A stretch of DNA of 64,000 bases from the NCBI RefSeq assembly GCF_009914755.1, contig NC_060933.1. The stretch is one strand, 5' to 3'. Position 1 is the stretch's first letter, and each line of letters begins with the position of its first letter. This DNA comes from the human T2T-CHM13v2.0 reference genome, Homo sapiens. Below are positions 39,455 through 53,092 of this stretch, piece by piece. The notes below the pieces were generated by a model. It saw only the letters and a program-made list of their open reading frames with translations. It searched no databases and was not told where the DNA came from. The position numbers and the translations under genes were made by a program.

Positions 39455-41664
39455 TTAACATACTATCTTTCTCTGGTAGCCCCCATTATACCACAAGAAA
39501 CTGGACCACTGAGGCTTAAGAAAGTATATAACAGAATTCTCCATAGCACAGTTATAAACATTGCTATATATATTTTAAAAAGAGAAAGAGGACAGAGATA
39601 GAGGTAGGAGACAGAATAGGGAGAGAAGGAAGGAAGGAATTTAAACCTGAACTTGAGTCCCTCTTACCAAACGACAAATTGAAAAAGAAATGCTTAAGAA
39701 TAGAGTGGCATCCCCCTTAATTGTCTCAATCTTATAGAATTGCATGCTATAAATACACACTGAAGAACCGTGATGAGAATCAGGTTGACAGTTCCAAGCT
39801 TCCAACGATTCCTTCTAACATCTTGCTCAATGTTTTGAGTGTCTCTAAGTCTCTCCATCACCATTCTGCACATTTGAATACCAAAGTAGCTCAAAGAATT
39901 GCTAAAAGAAGCTTCATTCACTGGTTCCAAATAAGGTGCTCCAGGGAGCTGGAGAATCCACATAATAAAGTTCCCAGGACAGTCATCTGGATGATGGTGA
40001 GCTGTCTCATGGAAATAAGTGTCAATGAAGACAGACGCTTACTCTTGCAACTTTCTAAAATTCTTTCTTTGGTGCTTGTATCATGGATTACCCTATGAGA
40101 TTTGAGATTTGTTAAATTTATTTGGTAAATCTTTCGTGGTTAAGGCAGAGATCTTAAAAGGGCTTTTTCATTAGTACATTCCACTTACGATGACTATTAT
40201 TATGATGCCCCAGTGCACCAAAACATTCAGAAGCTGAAATAAACAACCTGTATCAACTACTTACTCCATGTCAGGTAAAGTGTTAGAAACTGGGGCAAAG
40301 GGAAACCACAGTTCTTGTCCTTGTGAATTTCAGATTCTTATTCAAGTAACAGACATGAACAAATAAATATGATATGTTAAAGGTTACGAAAAGGGAATTG
40401 CAAGTTCTTTTGGAGGAACAAGGGAATGAATTAAAAATATGAGGAAAACAACTCCTTTTTATCAGTTGACTGATTGATGACCAGACCAAGGGAGGTAAAC
40501 AAGAAAAAGACTCCTTGATATTTGGTAGGTCAATAGAGAAGGACCGTTCTCAGTAAAGAAAATAACAGATTGGATGGAAGTGATGGGGCCAGGGAAGGAG
40601 TTTAATACATGAATCACCTAAATCCCTCTACAAATACCAAAAAAATGTTTTTGATGATGAGGCTGGGGAACGAGTTAACAGCTAGTAGCAAAGTCATCCA
40701 AAAGGTGATGGGATGAAAGGAGGATCCAGCCAGATACTGTTGTGTGAAATCACCTCAAACAGTTGGCAAGCAACTGGGAATGTTGATCTACAAGAAAAAA
40801 GAAAAGGGCAATTTGGAGAAGTTTGGCATCACTGAGCATCTCTATGGCATATCCAGGGCCAGGCCACTGAGCAGCTCTCTTGGTTTAGGGGATACAATGG
40901 AAATGGGGGTACTGCTTATTAGCCCTAAAGTTTCATAGAACACTGAAACAGATGGAGACTAACATTTACTGAGAAGATATACTGTGTGGTCCTTACAGAA
41001 GTTAACCTATTTAATCCTTTCAACGACCCTGTGAGATACTTAATAGTGATCTCAATTTAGTAAACTTTAGAATATGGACTTTTAAATATACTTATATTTG
41101 AGTCTTGGCTCTATTATATATTGTTTCAACAATGGCATACATTTAAAATGTAATTGAATAAAGAAGTAACCTTCCCAATGAAGCATAGCGAAGCCAAAGT
41201 AGGATTAAATTCTACAGCTCCTCAATTCACAGGCAGGAATCTAGGCCCCTGAATCCTGATGCCCCCAGTGGTGAATTCTCCATTCTGTTCTGAACTGTCA
41301 TCAAAAACATTCAAACTACAGCTCCCACTTTCCCACATTTGTGTCATTTCTGCATTTGGTATTCTTTGAGGCACCCAAAATGTCTTGAAATAACTGTTGT
41401 AAGAGAGTAAATTGGTGTTTTCTGTTTTGGAAGGTGGAATAGGGCAGGCAATTTGGCAATGCTTATCAAAATTTGAAATGTGCATACTCTTTGTCTAACA
41501 ATCCCACTGTTATAAACTTAACCTGTTGTTAGACAATAAGAGTATGTCCTGCCATTCATTCATTCATGTGTGCATGGATGCATATACATAGATATGTTTA
41601 TATACATACATCATGCACACATCCATAGATACATGTATATTCATACTCACAGGGGGCTAATAGG

Positions 41665-41910
41665 AGGCAGAGTAGCACATAGCTAAGAACATGGCCCTAG
41701 GAGCTAAACTGCATGAGTTCAAATTCTGATTCTACCACTTTCTAATTGTGACCTTTGGCCTACTGGACCTCTAGTCTCAGTTTGATCATCAATAAAGTGG
41801 GGATAAGAATAGCACCTACTGCATAGGTTTGTTGAAAGGACCAAATTAATTGTACGTGTAAAGGACTTGGGCCAGCCGCTATTAAGTATTATACACATGC
41901 TAGCTGTTGT
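41665..41910 (+). mobile_element. MIR, near full length, inside a decayed L1ME fragment (about 41430-42060)
   Basis: 'gagttcaaattctgattctaccactttctaattgtgacctt...ctcagtttgatcatcaataaagtggggataagaatagcacctac'. Confidence 0.8.
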
Positions 41911-42533
41911 CATGAATATCAAACATTGTAATAGCAAAAGAATCTGAAAATAACCTAAACATCTGCCAACAGAATGAATTCATGATGGTATATCCATATA
42001 AAAGAAAATGATAATGCCATCAAAGATACTTAAATTATCTACATGAGTGGCTTGCCCAGAAGAGAATGAAAAAACATTTGTTAGGCAAATAATTCTATTC
42101 TGGGGTTCTCTGGAGATTTCCTTCCCTTCAGTTGTCTGTTAGTCATTTGCTGAATTACTACAGTACTACTGTAGTCTGAAGTGGTTCAGCATAGACAGAA
42201 ATGTGAGTGTATTTGCCATGTGGACATAACATCTTTACAGACCCACACAGGCCCTTCCTTACCTGCTGTTTCACTCTGAAATTCATAGCTATTATGGGAA
42301 GGAAACACGCAAACCACCTTCCTCTCTCCTCTGCTTTCAATGGACTTTCCACAAAAGCTGCCAAAATAATTTGGGAGAATGCATGTTTTCCTGCCTGGAT
42401 CTCTAATGTTAGGCCCTTTGCTGTAAACTCTCTTTTTCACGCTCCTTGCCTTGCCTGACAGGTAAACAGCATGAGAGCTCCTTTTACAGATTATTCTGAG
42501 CACTGCTTTTAACTAACGTTACTCATATGTCTC

Positions 42534-42558
42534 AAAAAAAAAAAAAAAAAAAAAAAAA
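42534..42558 (+). repeat. (A)25 homopolymer
   Basis: Counted directly. Confidence 0.9.
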
Positions 42559-42804
42559 CTAGAGTATTTCTAAATCGCAAACAACCATACATATGAAATT
42601 TTTAAAAAATAGAGTAAATGGGTAAACTAGTCAAGAATATAATTTAGCTGCAGGCCAGATGATAAAAACATGCCATTATTTAATTGAAGTCGTGCCCCGA
42701 GCACATCACTGAGTTGAGGAACACTTGAGGACCTAGGATGGTTTGCTGGTGAGGGGTGCAGGAAGGACAGGGAATGCAGGTATGTTCCTTGACGACCAAA
42801 CACC

Positions 42805-42990
42805 TAGCCCTTTATATGCATTAAGTACTCAGACCAATCTTATGAACAGAGCACTGTCATCTCCATGCACTAGATGAAAACACTGAGGTTTAGGGGTCTT
42901 AAAGACTTGCCTAAGTTTATTTAACAGGAAATGGATACAGCTTAGATTTAAAATCCAAGCTGGCTTGTTCTAAAACTACCCTGCTCTTTC
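42805..42990 (-). mobile_element. MIR
   Basis: 'agatgaaaacactgaggtttagggg..aaagacttgcctaagtt' is the reverse MIR core. Confidence 0.65.
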
Positions 42991-45007
42991 TTCTAAAGAC
43001 CAATATGTACAGCTAAGAGTTTATTATTAGATTTCCGTAATGGTAAAAGCTAAATGTAAGGATGAAGGAACGGTTCTATCAAAAACTCCTACGGTGCTGC
43101 TGTACTCAGCAATGCTACAAGGTGACAGATGTTTCATAAAGTCCTGGATGCAAGCTGTCTACGGAAGAAGCAAAGATTACAGCCAAGGCACAATGTCATT
43201 GAGGTATTTTGCTGTTGGCCAAAATGAAGTGATGATATATTGGTGATCTAAGCATTACTGAGACTGACACGGAAATTCTTGTTTACAAGGAATAAGCCTG
43301 GAGACCAAGAATTCAACTCATCTTTCTAGAAGAAAAGACTAATAGGAGAGAAGCCCAGGATACCCACTGCACATCCAAACACCCAACAGGGTCACAGTGC
43401 TTGGTTCAGCCGTGCTTGAGCCTGCTTGGTGCTGCCCAGCCTCAGAAGCCCCTAAAATAGGGGGGACATCAGGATTAGGAAAAGTAGCAAAAAGCCCTGG
43501 CTGCCTTCCTTCTGATTGGACAGTAGAGATCTGAGCTTTTACCCCATCTTTCTCTGCCCCCACACCTCAGGCTGAAGAGGGAAATGAAGTCCAAAGCTCT
43601 CTTTATCCCTCTCCCTCTTCCTGGTTCAAGGTCCCCTTCCTTACCCTGGTACCAGATACATCCCTCTTTCTGAATGTCTTCCTCTCCATTTTCTGCCACA
43701 GGGAAGAGATGTATCAATCTTTGCTAAAATGTCAGCTAAAAAAGAAATATGGTACTAACCATCTCAGGGATAGCTGGAATTTCAATGGGGATTCATCAAC
43801 AATTTAAGAAAAAAGCCTAAAGACACCAAAATAATCCACATCTGATGGTAGAATTTCAGATACTCTGAAAAAGAAACTGATGAAATATACCAATTTTTGT
43901 AGGCACACATGGGCACACATACACACATAAGAAATACATAAAGGAAAGATCACACACACAAATGTAATTACAAAAGAAAGTGTATCTGGAGCACATAAAT
44001 CAAGAAGTACATATGTGCTCTCTTGCTTTGGAAGGATCAGGACTTGGGTAGCAATCACAGACATTCGTAAGACTATTGCTTACCTCCAAATACCCATGGC
44101 AGGTCGGGCGGGGGTGGGTGGGCGTTGGGGGGGGGGGGTTACTCCAGTCTCTTATCACTCCAGATAGCTTGGGCCCTTGAGCCCAAAAGCCAGTCTTCTG
44201 TCAGTGTGCTTCTCTGTGTACACCAGGGTTGCATATCCACACTCCCTCTGCACCTAAGCTCCCCCTGGCCTGAAGAAAGGCCTTAATTCCACAGTTTCTT
44301 AGATTCTATCTAAACTTATCTAACAAATGTTCCCAGTACCTGAAATATTTGTTGACCATAAAAGGCCTGAGAGTGGCTGAGAGTGGGCTTGGCCTAGTTT
44401 TTACACAGCTCAGAGGGATGCTATAAGATCCCTGAGGTTCGTTTCCACAGTCCCAGCAATACATCCTGCTTAGCTCAGAGTAGGCCCTAAAATTATATTT
44501 GTTTAGTGGCCCTGAACCGCTTGGCCATGACAAGTCTGGCATCTCAGGCAGGCTCAGAAATATCCATCAGCCCCCAGTAAGAACACTGGTCCCAGAGTGG
44601 CCAGTGCCATTTTCCCTGCCCTCATTCTGCACCAAAGTGAAGAGGAGGACAGAATGTGTTTGTTCAAAATGCTCCCAGTGTACATTCAAAATCCAGCCCC
44701 TACTAAGACCCCTAGGTAAACAAAGCAGGGCTTGCAGAATTCTGTGTAGGTGACATACCTCCAGGTGTTCCCTTATCCTTAGCTTGACATCTTTTAACAG
44801 AGGGGCAAAAGTTGATTTCTGTGGCCAGCTGGTGACTCTCAGAAGACTCTGTATTCATCTCCCCACCTAGACTGTGAGCAACTCACAAAGTACATGCCCC
44901 ATGTGCTTGCTTATGTGAATTCTGTGACATAAAAAGAGCCACAGGCTGGGAATCTGGAGGCTTCTGACCCTGGTCTAAATGCCACCAATTGAACTCTAAA
45001 GCCAGTG

Positions 45008-45187
45008 ACATTTAGAGTTGAAAGAAACTTTAGAGATGACTCTGTTCCAACATCCACCTTTTATAGGTGAGGAAATGGAGATGAGGAGAAGTGAGGTGCA
45101 TAACACGGTTATGCACTTGACCCAGCAGAGTCAGAAGTAAAATTCAGGTCCCCTAACTCACAGCCTAGGGCTCTTTCCACTATAGCA
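45008..45187 (-). mobile_element. MIR (MIR3/MIRc-like)
   Basis: 'tttagagttgaaagaaactttagagat...ttttataggtgaggaaatggag...gggctctttccactatagca'. Confidence 0.7.
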
Positions 45188-46206
45188 TGTGTTCTTCACA
45201 GGTTGGCTTTCTGCAGTGCATGAGAGAGATGCATTCCTGAACCGGAGCCACACATGCAACTCATCCACTTGACCCTCCGATATTCCTTCTCTTCTCTTAC
45301 TCAAAAGAAAATGATGCATTTATAGATTAATGTCATAGAATCTAAGTTCAAACACTGAGTCAGTCTTGCTCACTTTCTCTCTCCTTCCAGAGCCGTTCCT
45401 GAACGCCATGTGCAAGAGAAAACAACAGAATGAAAATTGCTCACACGGAGCATGAGGAGGCTGCCCACCTCCCTCGCACAGCCCGTGTGCAAAGACAGCC
45501 CCTCAGCTGTGCTGCAGACACAAGGTGGTTCATGCTTATTGTTTATTGTGACAGCCGACAAGCCAGCTGGCACAGATCACTCCTCATTTCCAACAGAGAC
45601 ACCACCAGGACACGTGTAACAGGCGCCAGCTGCCACTCAAGAAGATGGGCGGCATCCCTGCTGGCCAGCAAGGTGCAGCCATGGCCCCGGCCCTGAGACC
45701 TGCAGCCCTCCACATAACTTCCCACCAGAGAGCAGAACTGGGACCAGTTTCGTGCTGGGGACTGGGGGAAGGAGGCAGCAGCACATTCCTGCTGGCCAGG
45801 TGGTTGGGGCCATGGTTAGAGCCAAAGGTTGTTCTAATGCTCCCCAAGACTCTGTGTTACGTTTGGCAGAAGAATGGCAGTTCCAGAAGAGCAAAGAGGA
45901 GAAACAAGAGGCAATAAGGTGCATCTGAAACAAATGTCAGGCACCACCAGAGCGGTGGGCTGAACATTCAGGGATCTGACAGCCTCAGGCACAGGAAAAG
46001 CCTCCTGCCCTCCAACCTGGGCAGGTCCACGTGGATTCACTGCACATGCAGAAGTGGTCCCTTATGCAGATAGAGGCAGGGTCTGAGGAGGGGTCTGGCC
46101 GCCCCGGTCATAGGACACAAAGGAGGCTCTCAAGTAGTAGGGGCTTTCAATAGTCCCTTCTGCTCCCAAGTTTTCCTCTGCCAAACTGCTCAGCAGAGTG
46201 TGGAGC

Positions 46207-46416
46207 ATGGGGTCTCTACGTCAGCACTGTTGACATTTTGGGTTAAATAATTCTTCATTGTGGCGGGGGGCCAGTATCCCTGGCCTCTCCTCACTAGACT
46301 CTAATAGCACCCTCCGAGTTGTGGCAATCAAAAATATCTCCAGGGATCTCCCCCGGGGTGGGGTGAGGGCAGGGGTAACAAGATAGATAGAATAGCTGTC
46401 AATGGAGAGCCACAGG
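46207..46416. mobile_element. MER20
   Basis: 'cagcactgttgacattttggg..ataattctt...atccctggcctctcctcactaga...gttgtggcaatcaaaaatatctccag'. Confidence 0.8.
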
Positions 46417-46419
46417 TAT

Positions 46420-46640
46420 AGAGGTCAAGAGCACAGGCTTGGGTCCCAGATGGCTTGGACTCTTGATCCCAACTCTGCCACTTACTAGACATATAACCTT
46501 GGCCAAGTTATTCGACCTGATGTGCTTCAGCGTTTTCAGTTGCAATATGGGAAGATGATAACATCAATCACTTTACAGGACAGTTGCAAATATTAATTTA
46601 TTTCCTACAGGCAAAGCCCTCAGACTGGCCCAGAGTTAGC
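46420..46640 (+). mobile_element. MIR
   Basis: 'aagagcacaggcttggg...atcccaactctgccacttactag..ataaccttggccaagtta'. Confidence 0.75.
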
Positions 46641-48981
46641 ATTCCTCTCCCCTTTAGAAGCCCAGGAATACTCCATATCTCCAAGTCCCTTACTGCAGGG
46701 CTCCAGGTTATGGTCTACCACTGAGAGGCATCTGTGTACAAATTGGAAAGCAGAAGTGAAGAAGAAGCCACAATTCCTCTCTGGTAATAGCAGGCAGGAC
46801 CGTGTGAAAGAACAGACATGAAATTTGCCTCAGCTTCCAGACTTTCCCGTGAAAATCGCCTGCTTTGGTGTCATAAGTGGCTGAGATCATCTGTGGCTCT
46901 TTCCTTTGATTTCTGTAGCCTCCTAATCTTCAGAAAGCCAGATACAGTTTTCCCTGTCCCATGCTCCACCAGCCCTTCTAATAGTTCTGTAAGGCATAAT
47001 TTTACTAAATCTCTTTGTGCATCAAATACCTAGAGTGGGTCCTGTGTTCTACACCAAACTCTGACGTATGAACCCATGAACCTGATGGAGGTTCCAAAGT
47101 CCTACCGTTAGGAAAATGTTCCTGGGAGTAATCACGCACTGGTATGTATGTAGATACGCATGCATGTGTATGGATGTACTTAGAGTAGAACATTTATTTT
47201 TAAAAAATTGCAAAAGAGAAAATAGGTTAAAATTGAGCTACTCAAGATGGATAGGAGCTCAGCGGGGAGTGGAGGTAGATGGACTGACCACTCACTTACA
47301 TTTTATTCCCCATACTTGTAGAATCCTGAGGTTCTGAAACACCCTATTTGCAAATCCCTTTAGTAAAAGCAGAGTCCAAAATGCATGCCAGTTTTATGCA
47401 TAGGAAGCGCTACAGCAGATGTTCAAATAAATAACGTGTGCGCAGAGTACAAAGAGGGTGGCAAGCAGCTGCTGAGGTGTGGCACTGGAGAATCGGGTTT
47501 GTAAGAGTCATCTGCCAGGCCCAGGGGAGAGAACAGGGTGAGTAAGAAGCAGAGTCTCTGTCCTCAAGGAGTTTGTGGTAAAATGGAAGATGAAAACAGA
47601 AGCAAATGACCAGAAGACAAAGAGAACATAGAAATGTGTTTTGTTACGAGGCACTCGGCATTCAGTGGCCTGAGTGTCTTAGGTCCTATTAGCAAGGCCT
47701 TGGGGAACAGATGTTGGACTGTGTGGTGTGCACGGTACCCTCATTGATTCACAGAGATGTACGGGCAGCCCATTCACAAAGGGTCTAGAATACAAAGCTG
47801 CCTGAGCTAAGACCTGGCAGCCCATCTACCTGCTGAATAGTGGCGAACTGCCCTGGACCTTCCGTCTCTAGTCCAGCTAACCTCACTGAATAGGAGGGAG
47901 TTGCCCTATGATCTTTATTTTCTAATTGATTTTTGGTAAATTACTTTCATCTGGCCAGTTTGCTTTGGTAGGCCAGACACCTTACTCTGACACTTCATTT
48001 TCATTTGATTCTACCCTTCCTGAAACTCTAGGTATTCATGGGAAACTGGGCATATCTGCTCTTAACATTTTTTTTTATTGTTTTGACATACCCGCCAAGA
48101 GATTGGTCTCTCTTTCCAGCACTGCTTTCAAAAGTCAGACTGCTATGGTTGAGAATTCTCATTAAAAACGATTACTTTTGGCATCAGAAGTCAGAAAGGT
48201 GACAGGGGAGGGGGAGGTATTAGAGGCACTGAGATCTTTCTTCCGTTTGCAGAAAGCCTTCCCGTAAAACAAACATCATGGGAAGAAAGAAAAAAATGTA
48301 AAACATACAACAAAACCCCTTCTAACTTTTCTATGTGCTATTCAGAGAAATTTCTTAAGTATAGGGGCTAAACCACCATCCCATTACCTCTTCATACCTA
48401 CTCATTAGGCTGCAAACAATGCAAGTATGGGGCAGTGTTTTCCATAGCTCAGATGTCTCTACAGCAGGCACCAAAATGCCTGGCATGAGCAACATCAATA
48501 AATGCCTGGTGAATAAACAAACCGATGAATTTCTATTAGGTATTGGAAGAGTGTGGTTAAAAGTAGTCAATGTACATTTTGAAGAACCAATATAGAACAT
48601 CTAGCAAACCAGATTCTTTTCGGTGATGGTTATATGTCTTTTTTTACCTGTATCAGGGGAAAAAAATAGACCCACACACACAAAAAAAACAGTCAATGAT
48701 CATTTCTAACTTCCTTCCAATAATTTTGTAAAGGACACTGGGCACATAAACTTTTCCTTGGTGCTTTTTAGATATTCAAGCAATTTCTTGAGGACACTGT
48801 GATTCATGTTTCTGTTGGACTAGTGTGTAAAAACATTCTTCCATACATTTTTGTGAAAACCACTATGTTCTTTTATGAGCTGCCAGGAAATGTGGGGACC
48901 GGTGGACCCTAGCCACCATCTCTCTTGATCTTTGCCTTCTATTTGTTCACATCTTAGATCTTCACATATCTCTGGTTTCTT

Positions 48982-49347
<366 letters not shown>

Positions 49348-50521
49348 TGACAGTGTAGCTGTTGGTGATGCCTGTAAGGAAATTTGGGTTCTCTGGTGGC
49401 CCGTGACATCCCACATCCCCAACCTCCCAAAAACCAGTGCATCCACTTCCCAGAGGAAGAGCCACTACAGACGTTAAGCAGCTTAAAGACTTACGTGACA
49501 GACTTTTAGACAGCCTATGAGCTTAAATACTGCTTCCATAGCAAACTCTCTGTCTTCCTTGTATATTTTCTTTTTTAAAGGTTTGTTGTGACTTTTATTC
49601 CCAATATCCAAGGAAGCTGTAATAATTATGTTAAGATTCAAGGTATACTTTCTTATGATATAATCAATTGTCTGTCCTTGGAGATTCATTGTTTCATTCT
49701 ATATGACTGTAGCATTTAAAGAAGTTAATATGAATAAAAGACTAATCTGCATACACATCTATACATTTATAGCCTGCATACAGGGCCTAGCACAGAGCAG
49801 GACTTCACTAAGTGTTCATTTGGCTTCTCTATCAAATGTAGAACACAGGAGGGCTCAAGAGATACTATTATTGGCTTAAGTTATTCTCTGGGTAGAAAGT
49901 ACTAGGCCACCTTTTCTTCACTTTTCCAGTCAGTGCTTGATCTTTCAGTGGCAAGAGGAAGTCTTGAGTTAATAGAGTCTGAGGGGCAGAACTCCTCCAT
50001 GAATTAGTATTGTCACAGGCAGGCTAGGTAGGAGATAAAATCTGGATGATCCAACTGTGAAGGGACGAGGCAAAGCACATGAACATTAAGTCCAGGTAGC
50101 ACTTGTCAGGAATTGAGAGAGGCTAGGCCCTTCATGTACAGTTGGGCAGGTTGTATTTCAGCACAAGAATGCTCAAATCCCAAAGACAGGGGAGTGCCTT
50201 TTACTTCTTCATGCAATGGTACCACGTGGCTCACCGTGATTCTGAGAGAGCCTTGAAAAATGAAAGGCAGACAAATTGCAGAAGAGGCTTCACATGTGGC
50301 CCAAGAATCAAGATAACCCGCATGAACTCAACATTTTCTCTCAGCCAGTAAGCTTTGATACTTGCCTTTCTGGTGGCAAAACCAATGGCTGGATTTGGCC
50401 TCAATGAAACCTACAAGGTTTCTAAAACCAGTGTGGAGAGAATGGGGCCTTGAATATGGGAGAAAAGAACTGCAGAAGGTTAAGTCACAGAATCAGAAAA
50501 CTGAGAAGTGGCCTTAGAAAT

Positions 50522-50983
50522 TGTACTGGGCTAAATGGTGTCCACCCCCTCCCTACCACTGCCAAAGTTCATGTCTACTGGGGACATCAGAATTTGACCC
50601 TATTTAGAAATAGAGTCTCTGCAGATGTAATCAGTTAAGAGGAGGTCATATTGAAGTAGGGTGGGCCCTTAATGCAAAATGAATGGTGTTTTTATAAGAA
50701 GAGGAGAGACACAAAGACATACAGAGGAAAGATGGCCATGTGAAAATGCAGGCAGAAATTGGAGTGATGTAGCTACAAGCCAAGAAATGCCAAGAATTGC
50801 CAGCAATGATTAGAAGCTAGGAAGAGGCAAGGAAAGATTTTTCCTTAGAGCCATCAATGTAAGCATGGCCCTGCCCATGAACTTGATTGAAAACTTCTAG
50901 CCTGTGAACTGAAAGAGAATAGATTTGTTTTAAGCCACCCAATTTGGGGTACTTTGTTAGGGCAGCCACAGGAAACTAGTACA
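50522..50983 (+). mobile_element. MLT1C solo LTR inserted into a MIR
   Basis: TG...CA ends; perfect TSD GAAAT at 50517-50521 and 50984-50988; MIR sequence resumes on both sides. Confidence 0.92.
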
Positions 50984-51094
50984 GAAATCACCTCGTCCAA
51001 TGCCTTCAAAGTGCAGATGTACACACTCACACCTGGAGAGACTTGAATGGCTTACCCAATGTCACAGGGCTGAATACTGGCAGAGCTAGGACAA

Positions 51095-51460
51095 TTCAAC
51101 CATTCACTCACTGGTTCTTTCATTCCTTTCGACATTCACTGAGCTCTTTCTGAGGTCACTGCGCCAGACTCTGGAAATGATTAAAGAACACTAAGACAGA
51201 CCCTTCCCTTCATGGAACTTTCATTCTAAAAGAATTGATAGATAATAAACCATTATTTACACAACCAAATATTTAACTGCTAGTAAAGTGAAAGCTATAG
51301 AGAAAACATAGTGTCCAATAAGAGCACATGTGGATTTGACCTAACCTGAGGATTAGATAAAGTGTCCATGAGAAAGTGACATTTGAAAGGAAATCTGAAA
51401 GATATATTAGAATTAGCTGACCATGGCATGGAAGGCCGTGTGTGCAGGGATGTGAGGAAG
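51095..51460 (-). mobile_element. L2
   Basis: 'cattcactca...cattcactgagc...ccttcatggaactttcattcta...gagaaagtgacatttgaa'. Confidence 0.65.
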
Positions 51461-51812
51461 GGGGTGTTTGAGGGGATAAATTGGTAGCATTAGAGAATTG
51501 CCCAGGTAAAGAGTCTAACCTTCTCCTCAATCTTCTTTCTTCTACACTGCCTTTCCTGGAAACGCATACCAAAGTAAGACAATGTCATGGTTCTTTCACA
51601 AAATGTTAATGAGATGTTACCTGTAAAATATTTACAGTCTAAAAAAGACAGAGGAAACTCTCATTTGCAGCATGCACAGAACTATGTCTACCCTAGAAAT
51701 ATTATAACATGCTATCTGAAAACTTTCACCTTTCATGAAGCTGAGAACACCCTCTCCCATCCTCCCATCCCAAATATGAAGTTATATCTATCTTGTCTAC
51801 AAAAGAAGTTCA

Positions 51813-52212
<400 letters not shown>

Positions 52213-52998
52213 CTAATAAATTGTCTCAATTATACATGCCTGTGGAATTCAAAGGTTGTTTGTGGAAGGCTATTAAGCGTATAGTACTATTACAACTGTC
52301 CTACACACAGTATTTCTTCTCTGCATAAGTCATCAAATGGTAATCCAAAATGGGTCATGTTTTCCACTCCAAGTTCATTACATTCAAAGTAAACTGAGTG
52401 AGTGAATGACTGGCTAATCCCAAACACCCCTCACCCAGAAAGTCAATGGCCACATAGCACTGTCATCTCATAAAAAGCCTTGGACATCTGAAGCTCTATT
52501 ATATGGAGTCTAACCATGAAGTCAGGAAGACTCCAAAACTACTGAAATTCCCTTTGTTTCTTAAAACGAGCTCCTGGCCAAGCTGTCTTATTTTCTTTCC
52601 ATAGTGGGACCTTAAGTTTTGTGATTCCTTTACTTTCTCATTTCTATTCTACATTTAAGTAAATAAGAAGAATTATACATTTCTAAACAGAACAAAGGGA
52701 CTTGATGAGCTCGACATAATACATCAATTCAGAAATGCCAATGGGGCATTTCAGAAGATTTCATGTGAGGTGACAGAGAGGTTCCCCAATGCTGAAAAAC
52801 AATGCAACTCCTCTGCCTTGAGATTTCTGAGCTTGTTTGCAATAACTGCCTTTGCCCACTCATGCCATCTCATTCAGGGAAGGCTCTGATGTCTTTCCAC
52901 AATTGCTCTGCTCTGATGTGGACTTGAAAACACTCCTCCACATGGATGCACTAAATCACCCAGCATTAAATGAGACATCTAAGGATTCTGCCACTCAC

Positions 52999-53092
52999 CA
53001 AATCTGTCAGGTTTTCTCAGCTCTTTTAGGACTCCATTGTTGGGCAAAGCCACTACAATCCTATTACCAGCTGGCATATGATCAGATGATAA
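52999..53092 (-). other. Candidate internal exon (94 nt)
   Basis: Minus strand reads tgtttgtgttcactttag|TTATCATC...CAGATTTG|gtgagt; phase 0 is open (LSSDHMPAGNRIVVALPNNGVLKELRKPDRF). Confidence 0.3.

Noticed and set aside
39694-40098. Overlapping 89-aa and 125-aa ORFs and a 50-nt minus exon-like piece (about 40043-40092, donor gtaagc)
   Set aside because: No recognisable protein, and the acceptor has a poor pyrimidine tract
42525-42558. 'tgtctc' plus A25 as an extremely truncated Alu
   Set aside because: Only 6 nt match the Alu 3' end and there is no credible TSD
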